This document shows positions 1 to 8,538 of a stretch of DNA of 64,000 nucleotides, piece by piece. A model generated the notes under the pieces. The model saw only the letters and a list, made by a program, of their open reading frames with translations. It searched no databases and had not been told where the DNA came from. Location of the stretch: assembly GCA_964443875.1 (NCBI GenBank), contig CAYUET010000002.1:70082-134081 (forward strand), given 5' to 3'. Source of the DNA: an uncultured bacterium (lineage in GTDB: Bacteria; Auribacterota; JAFGBW01). Position numbers and translations under genes: made by a program. Each line of letters begins with the position of its first letter. Positions within the stretch are counted from its first letter, which is position 1.

Positions 1-734
1 TCTGGACAAGTTTCTGCGATCGCTATATTGAATCCGTGAAACCCTATTTTTCTGAACAGGGAAAGAATAATGAACGTTCAGTTGCTGTATTATTCCATGT
101 TCTCAGTCAGTTTTTAAAATGTGCACACCCGGTCATCCCTTTTATTACTGAAGAATTGTGGCAGATTTTAAGACAGATCGATCCGGATCTTTCTCCTCTA
201 TTGGCCGCTGCCCGATACCCTGAAATAAAAATGCTCGCGCCGTCAGAGCCTCTTTTACAATACACAGAATCCAAATATGAGGTGATCAAGTCAGCAAGAA
301 ATCTGCGTAAGCAGTTTAACCTGGCTCCTTCTGCAGAGGTTCATTTCATCATTAAGGCGGATGATGAATCCAGACGGGAGTTTTTGATGGTTGAAGCAGT
401 AGCGATTTCAAGGCATATCAAGGCGGCATCCCTGAAGGTTGATTCTGCCTTTAAACCTCTTCATCCCATGCCTTCTGAAGTCACTCCTTTAGGGATCATT
501 TATATGGAACTGGATAAGTCTTATATTGACTTTGAGAAGGAAAAAGTGAGAATTCAGAAAAGAATAGATGAAGCGAACCGTGTTCTTGAAAATATTAGCA
601 AGAAAATAAACAATGAAAAATTTGTTGCCAATGCCGCTCCGGCGATTGTGGAGGCGGAAAAGGTCAAATATGAGGAAATGCAGGATGAACTTGCCAAGCT
701 GAAGGATATCCTGAATTTTTATTCTGAATCATGA
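1..734 (+). CDS. valS: Valyl-tRNA synthetase, C-terminal fragment (5' end lies outside the window)
   Basis: Frame 3 is open from the window edge and reads WTSFCDRYIESVKPYF. The FCDWY-like motif is typical of the class I ValRS/IleRS anticodon-binding region. The C-terminal coiled-coil tail (AIVEAEKVKYEEMQDELAKLKDIL) is typical of ValRS. The stop TGA overlaps the next ATG. Confidence 0.7.
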   Translation, partial: WTSFCDRYIESVKPYFSEQGKNNERSVAVLFHVLSQFLKCAHPVIPFITEELWQILRQIDPDLSPLLAAARYPEIKMLAPSEPLLQYTESKYEVIKSARNLRKQFNLAPSAEVHFIIKADDESRREFLMVEAVAISRHIKAASLKVDSAFKPLHPMPSEVTPLGIIYMELDKSYIDFEKEKVRIQKRIDEANRVLENISKKINNEKFVANAAPAIVEAEKVKYEEMQDELAKLKDILNFYSES

Positions 735-1585
735 AACCAACAAAAGAAAACATACAATGCCTTATTCAGCTCGCATTGACCGAGGATGCACCCAAGGGAG
801 ATGCAACAACACAGGCCATTGTGCCTTTGGACGCTTTTTCCGGGTTTAAAATTATAGCCAAGGAAGAAGTGGTGGTTTGCGGTTCTGATATTGCCGTGGA
901 ATTTTTCAGCCAATTAAGTCAGGGCTTTGTATTTGACAAAGTAACCAAAGACGGGGAGCTTCTTCAGACAGGAGAGGTTCTTCTTTCCGGCAAGGGGCCT
1001 TCCCGGACCATTTTAACCGCCGAGCGCTCGATACTTAATATCATGCAGCGCCTATGCGGAATTGCGACTCTCACGAGATCTTTTGTGCAGAAAACTGAAG
1101 GGTCCGGGATAACCATTCTTGATACGCGAAAAACAGCCCCGGGCCTGAGGCTTTTTGAAAAATATGCGGTCAGTACCGGAGGCGGAACAAATCACCGTTT
1201 TGGTCTTTCGGATATGATCATGCTTAAGGAAAATCATCTCATGATTGAAGGAAAACATGGTGAAGGCTATATCCGCAGAGCTGTCCAGAAATGCAGAGAC
1301 ATGCATCCTTCCTTGAGAGTTGAAGTGGAAATCAGAAGTTTTTTGGAAGCCGAGGAAGCGGCCTCTTCGGGTGCGGATGTGATTCTTCTGGATAATATGT
1401 CTCCTTCAGAAATAAAAAAATCAGTTAAGGTCATCCAGAACCGGACAAAAATTGAAGTTTCCGGGAATGTGGATCTGACAAATATTCACAAATATCTGAT
1501 CAGGGGAGTTGATTATATTTCCATTGGCGCTTTGACTCATTCCTATAAGTCCTCTGATTTATCTCTGCTGATTGACAATGCATAA
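731..1585 (+). CDS. nadC: Nicotinate-nucleotide pyrophosphorylase (quinolinate phosphoribosyltransferase)
   Basis: 284 aa. Motifs LTAERSILNIMQRLCGIAT, ILDTRKTAPGLR and YAVSTGGGTNHRFGLSDMIMLKENH match the QPRTase family. An ATGA overlap with valS suggests translational coupling. Confidence 0.9.
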   Translation: MKPTKENIQCLIQLALTEDAPKGDATTQAIVPLDAFSGFKIIAKEEVVVCGSDIAVEFFSQLSQGFVFDKVTKDGELLQTGEVLLSGKGPSRTILTAERSILNIMQRLCGIATLTRSFVQKTEGSGITILDTRKTAPGLRLFEKYAVSTGGGTNHRFGLSDMIMLKENHLMIEGKHGEGYIRRAVQKCRDMHPSLRVEVEIRSFLEAEEAASSGADVILLDNMSPSEIKKSVKVIQNRTKIEVSGNVDLTNIHKYLIRGVDYISIGALTHSYKSSDLSLLIDNA

Positions 1586-2375
1586 GGCATTTGCCTTGGC
1601 TGTTTTAATACGGGTTGTTTTTTTCTCAGGACTTTTTCTGTTTTATTGTGCAAGTCTGTCTTCGGGGTATTCTGAAAATTCACCGGAACCTCTTGCACAA
1701 TATTATGGGGAAAAATTATCCTATAATATTTCCTGGTTTGGAATTCCGGCAGGTGAGGCACTTCTTCAAACGGATATTGTTCCCTACCATGGAAAAAGAG
1801 CCTTGCGTTTTATAGGAAAAGTCCATTCTGCTCTATGGTTCTCAAGAATTTATTATGTGGAGGATACAGTTCAAACCTATGTTCATCCTGTTTCTCTGTC
1901 TCCCTATGAGATTGCGGTTGATTTCAGGGAGGGGAAAAAATATCATAGAAAAAAGAATTATCTTTTTGATTTAAAAGATAAGACGGTAAAAGAGAAAGAT
2001 TCCAGGAGGCCGGCTATACCCATTCCTTCGGATGTTATGGATATGTTTGGGGCTTTTTTTACGGCGAGAATATATCCTTACAGGAAGGAGGCTTGTTTGA
2101 AGAGGGCTGTTTCAGACGGAAGGAAATGTTATGAAGTCAAATCCGTCTTTAACGGATACGCGGAAATAGACAGTGTTCTGGGATCAAAACGGTGCATGCA
2201 AATCCGTCCAAGCCAGATCCAGCTTGATCTCATCGGAATAAGCCAGAATCCTTCCGCCCTCTTCATTTACCTGACGGATGATACGAGGCGTATTCCTCTT
2301 CTGGTGACAGGAGAGATAAGAATAGGATCTCTGGTTGCAAAACTTGTCAAAGCAGAATTTCCATTGAAAAAATAA
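1572..2375 (+). CDS. Hypothetical secreted or lipoprotein-like protein (possibly DUF3108-type)
   Basis: 267 aa with an N-terminal hydrophobic signal and Cys (FYCASLSSG). The [21 protein letters not shown] motif resembles DUF3108 proteins. It overlaps the nadC end by 14 nt. Confidence 0.55.
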   Translation: MTMHKAFALAVLIRVVFFSGLFLFYCASLSSGYSENSPEPLAQYYGEKLSYNISWFGIPAGEALLQTDIVPYHGKRALRFIGKVHSALWFSRIYYVEDTVQTYVHPVSLSPYEIAVDFREGKKYHRKKNYLFDLKDKTVKEKDSRRPAIPIPSDVMDMFGAFFTARIYPYRKEACLKRAVSDGRKCYEVKSVFNGYAEIDSVLGSKRCMQIRPSQIQLDLIGISQNPSALFIYLTDDTRRIPLLVTGEIRIGSLVAKLVKAEFPLKK

Positions 2376-2425
2376 AAAAATTGCTTAAAAGTATAGGCTT
2401 TAAAGAATTAAGAAAGGATAACCAT

Positions 2426-3367
2426 ATGGGGCGTTATGTTGTTACAGGCGGAGCAGGTTTTTTAGCATCGCATTTATGTGAACGGCTTTTAAAAGAAGGC
2501 CATGAGGTTGTTTGTATGGATAATCTTCTGACCGGGAGTTATAAGAATATTGAGTCTCTGGGCGGAAAACCTGGTTTTGAATTTTTAAAACAGAATGTCT
2601 CACAGAGTATTCTTGTTGCCGGTAAAGTCGATTACATTTTTCATTTTGCCTCCCCGGCCTCCCCTGTGGATTATCTGGAGTTTCCCATTCCAACGCTTAA
2701 GGTAGGGGCCATGGGAACACATAATTCCCTGGGTTTTGCCAAAGGGAAAAATGCAAAGTTTTTTCTGGCAAGCACTTCGGAAGTCTATGGAGATCCCCTT
2801 GTTCATCCACAGGAGGAAAGCTACTGGGGCAATGTGAATCCCATAGGGCCGAGAGGGGTTTATGACGAAGCCAAGCGTTATGCGGAATCCATTACCATGG
2901 CCTATCACCGTTACCACGGCATATCCACCCGTATTGTCAGAATTTTTAATACCTACGGTCCCCGCATGCGGCTCAGGGACGGGCGTGTGGTTCCGAATTT
3001 CATGTGTCAGGCACTTAAAGGCGAAGATTTGACTGTTTACGGAGACGGGTCACAAACTCGGAGTTTTTGTTATGTGGAAGATCTGGTAGACGGCATTTAC
3101 CGTCTATCCCAGAAAGAGTACTATGAGCCTGTCAATATCGGAAATCCATCCGAAATTACCGTTTTAGAGTTTGCAGAACGGATTATCAAAATTACCGGAT
3201 CAAAATCCAAAATCAAATTTGACCCTCTTCCTGAAAATGATCCCAAGGTGCGTCAGCCTGACATTACCCGGGCTAAAACGCTTTTAGGTTGGGAGCCTAA
3301 GATCGGTCTGGAAGAAGGTCTTGAAAAAACACTGGGATATTTCAAAAAAGAACTGGGAATAGCTTAA
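2426..3367 (+). CDS. UDP-glucuronate decarboxylase (UDP-xylose synthase, ArnA C-terminal-like SDR)
   Basis: It has the Rossmann motif [12 protein letters not shown], the YDEAKR catalytic region and [14 protein letters not shown]. The ATG at 2426 carries an AAGGA RBS 8 nt upstream. The longer ORF listed from 2381 starts with TTG and was not chosen. Confidence 0.85.
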   Translation: MGRYVVTGGAGFLASHLCERLLKEGHEVVCMDNLLTGSYKNIESLGGKPGFEFLKQNVSQSILVAGKVDYIFHFASPASPVDYLEFPIPTLKVGAMGTHNSLGFAKGKNAKFFLASTSEVYGDPLVHPQEESYWGNVNPIGPRGVYDEAKRYAESITMAYHRYHGISTRIVRIFNTYGPRMRLRDGRVVPNFMCQALKGEDLTVYGDGSQTRSFCYVEDLVDGIYRLSQKEYYEPVNIGNPSEITVLEFAERIIKITGSKSKIKFDPLPENDPKVRQPDITRAKTLLGWEPKIGLEEGLEKTLGYFKKELGIA

Positions 3368-3373
3368 TTTCAG

Positions 3374-4003
3374 ATGCTGTCCCTGAAGAACGCTGCTTTA
3401 TGTTCGTTGTATACGATGATCGCGGCCTGGTTGATTAACCTTTTCGGCCTGATAGCCAGTTATCAGGCCGTAACGCCCTATGCTACTCCAGGAATAGCTC
3501 TTCTGGCAACTCTGGGAATTTTCCCTCTTATTTCCTGTGTGTTACTGATTCCTTTGAGTCTGCCTTTTTATTTCTGGAAACGCTGGAGAAATCAGGTTGT
3601 TTTTTTGATTCTTGCCTCTCTTATTTATGTCTGTGTTTCCCTGACGGCGATGATCTTTTCCGGATGGATTGAGGAAAAAGGTATCCTGAATTTTACCAGA
3701 CGAATGAAGCCGTTGATTCAAAAGATTGAAGAATACCGCAATTCAAAAGGATACTTCCCGGATTCCCTCAAAGGATGCATTGAAGGCCGTATTGAAACCG
3801 GAATGTCACGTTTTTCGATTTTGGAATATAAGAAAAGGAAAGAGGGGGAGCCTTTTCTTTTTGATTCAGAATGGATGATAACGGTATCGGATAAGAAAAA
3901 TATACAGGACATCTTATTTTATCTTCCTTCCGGGAACTATCCTTCTTCAGCTTATGGAGGAAAGGTGGCGCGTTTCGAAGACTGGGGAAGAGTGAGAAGA
4001 TGA
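3374..4003 (+). CDS. Hypothetical integral membrane protein
   Basis: 209 aa with three or four hydrophobic helices at the N-terminus and no recognisable family. Confidence 0.5.
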   Translation: MLSLKNAALCSLYTMIAAWLINLFGLIASYQAVTPYATPGIALLATLGIFPLISCVLLIPLSLPFYFWKRWRNQVVFLILASLIYVCVSLTAMIFSGWIEEKGILNFTRRMKPLIQKIEEYRNSKGYFPDSLKGCIEGRIETGMSRFSILEYKKRKEGEPFLFDSEWMITVSDKKNIQDILFYLPSGNYPSSAYGGKVARFEDWGRVRR

Positions 4004-4120
4004 AAAGGTGCATTAATTATGATAAACCTGCAAAAATAAGATATCCCCTGAATTTTTCACTAACTCTTTTAAATTATTTTTTTTTATGATATTGATTTTG
4101 ATTGAATTCATCATTATGGA

Positions 4121-5044
4121 ATGGAAAATCCTGAATCAGAGTTTATGGAGAAAGCAGTGAACATTAAAGATCTATTTATACCATCATGGAAGAGAAGTGA
4201 TCCCCTGGTAAGACTTAAAGCGGTTCAGACTGGGGCATTGAATCCGGACATTCTGGAGGAAATAATTCTGAATAAGGAGGAAACTCTGGAAATAAAAAAA
4301 GCTGCCGTTCTCAGGTTAAAGGATGAAAACCGGAGTGAGAAATTGTTTCAGAATGTATATGGGGATGATTCGCAGGATTTAAGAAAACAATTGCTGAAAA
4401 ATATTATGGATGAACAGAGGATTCGTTCTCTTTATTTTAAAATGCGTAAGGAAGGAGGGAAAAGCTTTTTGGAAGTGCCTTTGGAATTGAGACTTTTTGA
4501 AATATGGGAAGATCAGGTTGCCCAGACAGATGACTCAGGTCTGCTTCTGGAGATTGCTCAAAAAGCGAGAACTTACACTATGGGATCTTATGTGAGCTGT
4601 CAGGTTTATACTGTTGTAGAGAAGGCGATTGCGAAGATAACGGATTTTCATAAGCTCACCGAGTGGTTTTTAAAAGAGTTTAAGACTACAAAGGAACTTC
4701 ATTATTCGATCCGGGATGGGTTGTATGAACTTTCGAAAAAGACTCAGCCTGATTTTATTTTTGCCCATATCAATGATCTTGATTATTTGGGATACAGTTT
4801 CATGCGCGGTGAAAAGGAATGGGCTCTTGCCGCTGAACGCAGAATTTTTAAGCTTGGAAAAAAGATAATGATTGAAGAAAAGAAGATCCGCAGGAAATGC
4901 TCAAGCTGCAATGGAAGCGGCGGAGGGGATGTGCGGGTGCCCTACACCGACCGGGACTGGGAATGGGAAAAGTGCGAATCCTGCAAGGGAACCGGGGTGG
5001 AAACAGTAACAAAAAAAGAATTCCGTTTTGAAAATGCAGAGTGA
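4121..5044 (+). CDS. Hypothetical protein with alpha-helical (HEAT-like) repeats and a C-terminal CxxC...CxxC zinc ribbon
   Basis: 307 aa. The C-terminus CSSCNGSGGG...CESCKGTG resembles a DnaJ-type CxxCxGxG zinc finger. The rest is helical and charged. Confidence 0.5.
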   Translation: MENPESEFMEKAVNIKDLFIPSWKRSDPLVRLKAVQTGALNPDILEEIILNKEETLEIKKAAVLRLKDENRSEKLFQNVYGDDSQDLRKQLLKNIMDEQRIRSLYFKMRKEGGKSFLEVPLELRLFEIWEDQVAQTDDSGLLLEIAQKARTYTMGSYVSCQVYTVVEKAIAKITDFHKLTEWFLKEFKTTKELHYSIRDGLYELSKKTQPDFIFAHINDLDYLGYSFMRGEKEWALAAERRIFKLGKKIMIEEKKIRRKCSSCNGSGGGDVRVPYTDRDWEWEKCESCKGTGVETVTKKEFRFENAE

Positions 5045-5242
5045 TTATTTTGATCAGTCCCTAATACAAGGCTGCTTTTGAATCTGTCTATAAATTTTTT
5101 AAAAATGAATTTTTTTGAGGAGAAGGATATGGGGGATATTTCAGGAAATCGATATCTGTCAGTTATCCACAAAAATGAAAGAAAAAATGATATATTTGTA
5201 TTATTTTTTCAGAACTCGACCTATCCAGGAGAATGAAAATTG

Positions 5243-5875
5243 TTAAATTTCCAGAAAATTGTAGATTTTTTCGGCAACATTTTTTTTGTTCAATAACCCC
5301 CAGGGTTGGGGTGTGGAGGCATTTCGAAGCCAAAGAGTATACTCGCCTGTATCACTGCCAAGCGAATCGGGCGTATTGTAGAGAATGGCATCCAGATTTT
5401 TTTTATTCATCTTATTCCGGATTTTTTCAGGCTGAAATTCTGTTTCCAGGGCGAAGCCCAGGGTTTTCTGATGCGGCTTTTTCAAAGCCCCTAAAGTGGC
5501 TGCAATATCCGGATTGTTTGTTAACTCCAGAGTCAGATTTTTCAGGCCGCTGGCTGTTTTGCTGGAATTGAAATTTTGGGGCGAATAGTCTGCAACTGCA
5601 GCGGCAAAAACGGCAGCATCGGCTTTTTGAAAGTATTTCAAACCTTCGTTCAGCATGTCCCGGGCGGTGAGGATGTGAATCGTGTGGATTCGGTTTCCAT
5701 GCGGCAGGTTGGATTCTTCCACCGGACCTGTGATGAAAATAACCTCAAAGCCCAAAGCATCTGCTTTTTCAGCCAGAGCTTTCCCCATTTTTCCGCTGGA
5801 AGCATTGCTGAGATAGCGTACCGGATCAATGGGTTCACGGGTAGGTCCTGAGAAAATCAGTATTTTTTTATTCAC
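5243..5875 (-). CDS. coaB: Phosphopantothenate--cysteine ligase (stand-alone CoaB domain)
   Basis: ILIFSGPTREPIDPVRYLSNASSGKMG matches the start of the CoaB half of Dfp. The start codon overlaps the coaC stop by 4 nt. Confidence 0.85.
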   Translation of the reverse strand: MNKKILIFSGPTREPIDPVRYLSNASSGKMGKALAEKADALGFEVIFITGPVEESNLPHGNRIHTIHILTARDMLNEGLKYFQKADAAVFAAAVADYSPQNFNSSKTASGLKNLTLELTNNPDIAATLGALKKPHQKTLGFALETEFQPEKIRNKMNKKNLDAILYNTPDSLGSDTGEYTLWLRNASTPQPWGLLNKKNVAEKIYNFLEI

Positions 5876-6447
5876 AGACTTTTTTTTTGAGCAAGACGGG
5901 AAAGAATTGTTTCAACGATCTGGGAGGGTTCACTCATTCGTCCCGTACCCAGAGCGCCGCAGGCCTGAACTCCGGTTTCCGGACCGATCTGAATCCATCC
6001 CTGATCCAGCATTGTTTTAACATTTTTCTGTACAGCTTCTTTACTCCACATGTTGGCATTCATAGCCGGGCAGAAAAAAAGGAGGCATTCAGGATTTGTT
6101 CCCAGGGCAGATCCGCAAACCGCATCATCTGCAAAGCCATGGGCGATTTTTGCAATCATATCCGCCGAGGCAGGCAGAACAATCATGGCTGCGGCTTCAC
6201 AGGCGGGATAAAGGTGCGGGAAGGTTTCATTTTTGATGCCGGAATGTGTTTTCGGAAAAATAGTGGTTATTACCGGATTGATGGTTACGGCTTCAAAGGA
6301 AAGGGGCTGAACAAATTCGCAGGCAGAGGGCGTCATGGCGGTACAGACTTTAAAATTTTCTTTTTTAAGCCGGCTGGCAACTTCTACCGCTTTATAGGCG
6401 GCGATGCCTCCACTGATTCCTAAAAGAATGACTGGATTTGTTTCCAT
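5872..6447 (-). CDS. coaC: Phosphopantothenoylcysteine decarboxylase (stand-alone CoaC flavoprotein)
   Basis: ILLGISGGIAAYKAVEVASRL and PAMNANMW are flavoprotein-decarboxylase motifs. The protein is 191 aa. Confidence 0.85.
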   Translation of the reverse strand: METNPVILLGISGGIAAYKAVEVASRLKKENFKVCTAMTPSACEFVQPLSFEAVTINPVITTIFPKTHSGIKNETFPHLYPACEAAAMIVLPASADMIAKIAHGFADDAVCGSALGTNPECLLFFCPAMNANMWSKEAVQKNVKTMLDQGWIQIGPETGVQACGALGTGRMSEPSQIVETILSRLAQKKSL

Positions 6448-6514
6448 AGATTACCTTTTTTTTAAGAGCATATTCTTTTAAAGAGTAAACAAAATCAGGT
6501 TATGCGTATGCTTA

Positions 6515-7486
6515 TTATGCCTTTATTTTGGGGTTCATAACATTGATCCCCCATTCTTTCAACAACTTTTTCGCCTGGCTCACATCTTTGGTGATTTGTT
6601 CAATAAGTTCATTTGTATTGGGAAATCGCATTTCATTACGTATTTTTTGAAGGGGTTCAATAGTGATTTTCCTGCCATAGAGAGAAACCGTGTCTTTGTA
6701 ATCAAAGAGGTGCACTTCATAGATGCAGTGTCCCTGATTTTCAAACGTGGGACGTTTTCCGATATAGAGAGCGCCTGTATATTTATTGTTATCTATCCAG
6801 GCCCGGATAACATAAATACCTTCAGTAAGTTCCTGAAGGGAAGGAGAGGAAAGATTGGCTGTCGGGAAGCCGAGCTTACGGCCTATCTGATGTCCCTGGA
6901 TAACCATGGCGGTATAGAAAATCTGACGGTTGAGGAGGCGGTTGACCAGTTCAAACTGATTTTTTTCCAAAGCTTGTCGGATGCGGGAGGAGCTTATGGT
7001 TTCATTTTGAAATGAAAGAAGGGGAATGATCTGAACTTTAAACCCGAATTGAGGTTCCATTATTTTCAGATCATGGGCAGAGGCTCCTGCATTCTTTCCA
7101 AAACGAAAATTTTCTCCGATAATAATGGATTTAACTTTGAAAAGGTCTACCAGAATTTTTTTGACAAAGGCTTCCGGAGGGGTGTTAAAGAAATGCCTGG
7201 ATACATCCGCAAGCATGCAGAAAGAAATCCCCATATCTGAAAAAAGGGAAAGCTTTTGAGGAATCGTCAGCAGAGTTTCCATTTGAGAGTTCTCATGAAG
7301 GATGTTAAAAGGATGTTTTCTGAAGGTGAATATGCCTGAGGGAATGGAAAGCTTTAAACCTTCAGCTACGGTTGCTTCAATGATTTTTTGATGCCCGGGG
7401 TGAATTCCGTCAAAGTTACCGATGGCGATGGAAGTTCCTTTTAATTCCTCCCATTTAAAATCTTCAATTTTTTCGAAAAGTTTCAT
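6515..7486 (-). CDS. ribF: Bifunctional riboflavin kinase / FMN adenylyltransferase
   Basis: 323 aa. IAIGNFDGIHPGHQKII is the nucleotidyltransferase motif. The C-terminal riboflavin kinase domain is recognisable (GRKLGFPTANL, YIGKRPTF). Confidence 0.9.
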   Translation of the reverse strand: MKLFEKIEDFKWEELKGTSIAIGNFDGIHPGHQKIIEATVAEGLKLSIPSGIFTFRKHPFNILHENSQMETLLTIPQKLSLFSDMGISFCMLADVSRHFFNTPPEAFVKKILVDLFKVKSIIIGENFRFGKNAGASAHDLKIMEPQFGFKVQIIPLLSFQNETISSSRIRQALEKNQFELVNRLLNRQIFYTAMVIQGHQIGRKLGFPTANLSSPSLQELTEGIYVIRAWIDNNKYTGALYIGKRPTFENQGHCIYEVHLFDYKDTVSLYGRKITIEPLQKIRNEMRFPNTNELIEQITKDVSQAKKLLKEWGINVMNPKIKA

Positions 7487-7493
7487 TCTGGCC

Positions 7494-8183
7494 TTATACC
7501 GGCAAAGTTCGTTTCAGTAGAGCTTCAATAGAATCTGGACGCTTATGAAGGGTAAAGGCCTCATTAACGTGATGCCCTGCCTGGCCTATGCGTCTTAAAG
7601 AAGTCAGAACGCCTCTTGTGGAGAGTTTTCTGGCGATATCTTCACAAAGAGTCCGGACATAGAATCCCTTTTTGCAGGTGATTTTAAAGCTGATATGAGG
7701 AAAATCATAACGGATCAGTTCGATTTTTTCAACAAAGGTCTCACGGCTTGGGATTTCAATATTCTGGCCGGTTCGGGCGTATTCATAGGCGGGTCTTCCC
7801 TGAATTTTTATGGCGCTGTAGGCAGGAGGCCTCTGGATGATGGTACCTACAAAACTATGGAGAGTCCCTTCCACATCCGCTTGTGCGGGAATGTGGGGCA
7901 AAGAACAGAAATCGGTAATTTTCCCTGTGATGTCTTCCGTGTCAAAAGCAACCCCCAGGAGAAGAGTGGCTTCATAAATTTTGGGCTGCTTCTGAAAAGC
8001 GTCAAATAATTTTGTGGCCTCTTCGGTCATGATGATGATTAGGCCGGAAGCAATGGGATCCAGTGAACCGGCATGGCCCATTTTACTGAAACGATATTTT
8101 TTTTTCAGGAAAGAGACACAGTCAAAGGAAGTCCATCCGCAGGGTTTGTCAAATAGCAGATAACCGCTGGTTTTATTTTTCAT
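7494..8183 (-). CDS. truB: tRNA pseudouridine(55) synthase
   Basis: GYLLFDKPCGWTSFDCV and MGHAGSLDPIASGLIII contain the catalytic Asp. Confidence 0.9.
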   Translation of the reverse strand: MKNKTSGYLLFDKPCGWTSFDCVSFLKKKYRFSKMGHAGSLDPIASGLIIIMTEEATKLFDAFQKQPKIYEATLLLGVAFDTEDITGKITDFCSLPHIPAQADVEGTLHSFVGTIIQRPPAYSAIKIQGRPAYEYARTGQNIEIPSRETFVEKIELIRYDFPHISFKITCKKGFYVRTLCEDIARKLSTRGVLTSLRRIGQAGHHVNEAFTLHKRPDSIEALLKRTLPV

Positions 8184-8526
8184 CCTTGTGAATTTCTCTG
8201 ATCAGGTGATCAATCTTAAAGGCATATTCCGAAGTGTGGTCCGGAAATAAGTGGAGTTTCGGGGTATACTTGAGGCGGATACGGCCTGAAAAAAGTTTTT
8301 GAATTCTATGGAGGGCATGGCAGAGATAAGTAAATCCCTCCTCTGCTTTTTCTTTGGAGCCTAAAACAGAAATATAAACACGTGCAACATCGAGATCAGG
8401 GGTGACGTCAACATCGGTTACCGTATAAAAATAATTTTTACCCTTGGGGACCTGAATGTCTTTCTGGATGATGTCGCTGACAATTTTGTGAATGAGGCTG
8501 CCGACCTTTTTTAAACGCTCTGACAT
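8173..8526 (-). CDS. rbfA: Ribosome-binding factor A
   Basis: 117 aa. RLKKVGSLIHKIVSDII...VTDVDVTPDLDVARVYISVLG is a KH-like RbfA sequence. It overlaps truB by 11 nt. Confidence 0.85.
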   Translation of the reverse strand: MSERLKKVGSLIHKIVSDIIQKDIQVPKGKNYFYTVTDVDVTPDLDVARVYISVLGSKEKAEEGFTYLCHALHRIQKLFSGRIRLKYTPKLHLFPDHTSEYAFKIDHLIREIHKDEK

Positions 8527-8538
8527 GGAAAAGCCTTT

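Noticed and set aside
2381-2425. Longer start for the UDP-glucuronate decarboxylase gene (ORF listed from 2381)
   Set aside because: Position 2381 is a TTG with no RBS. The ATG at 2426 has an AAGGA RBS and matches the family N-terminus ([12 protein letters not shown]).
5233-5571. 112-aa ORF on the + strand (plus 5306..5494 and 5576..5851)
   Set aside because: It lies entirely antisense within the well-supported coaB gene. It has no RBS and low-complexity composition, so it is a spurious shadow ORF.
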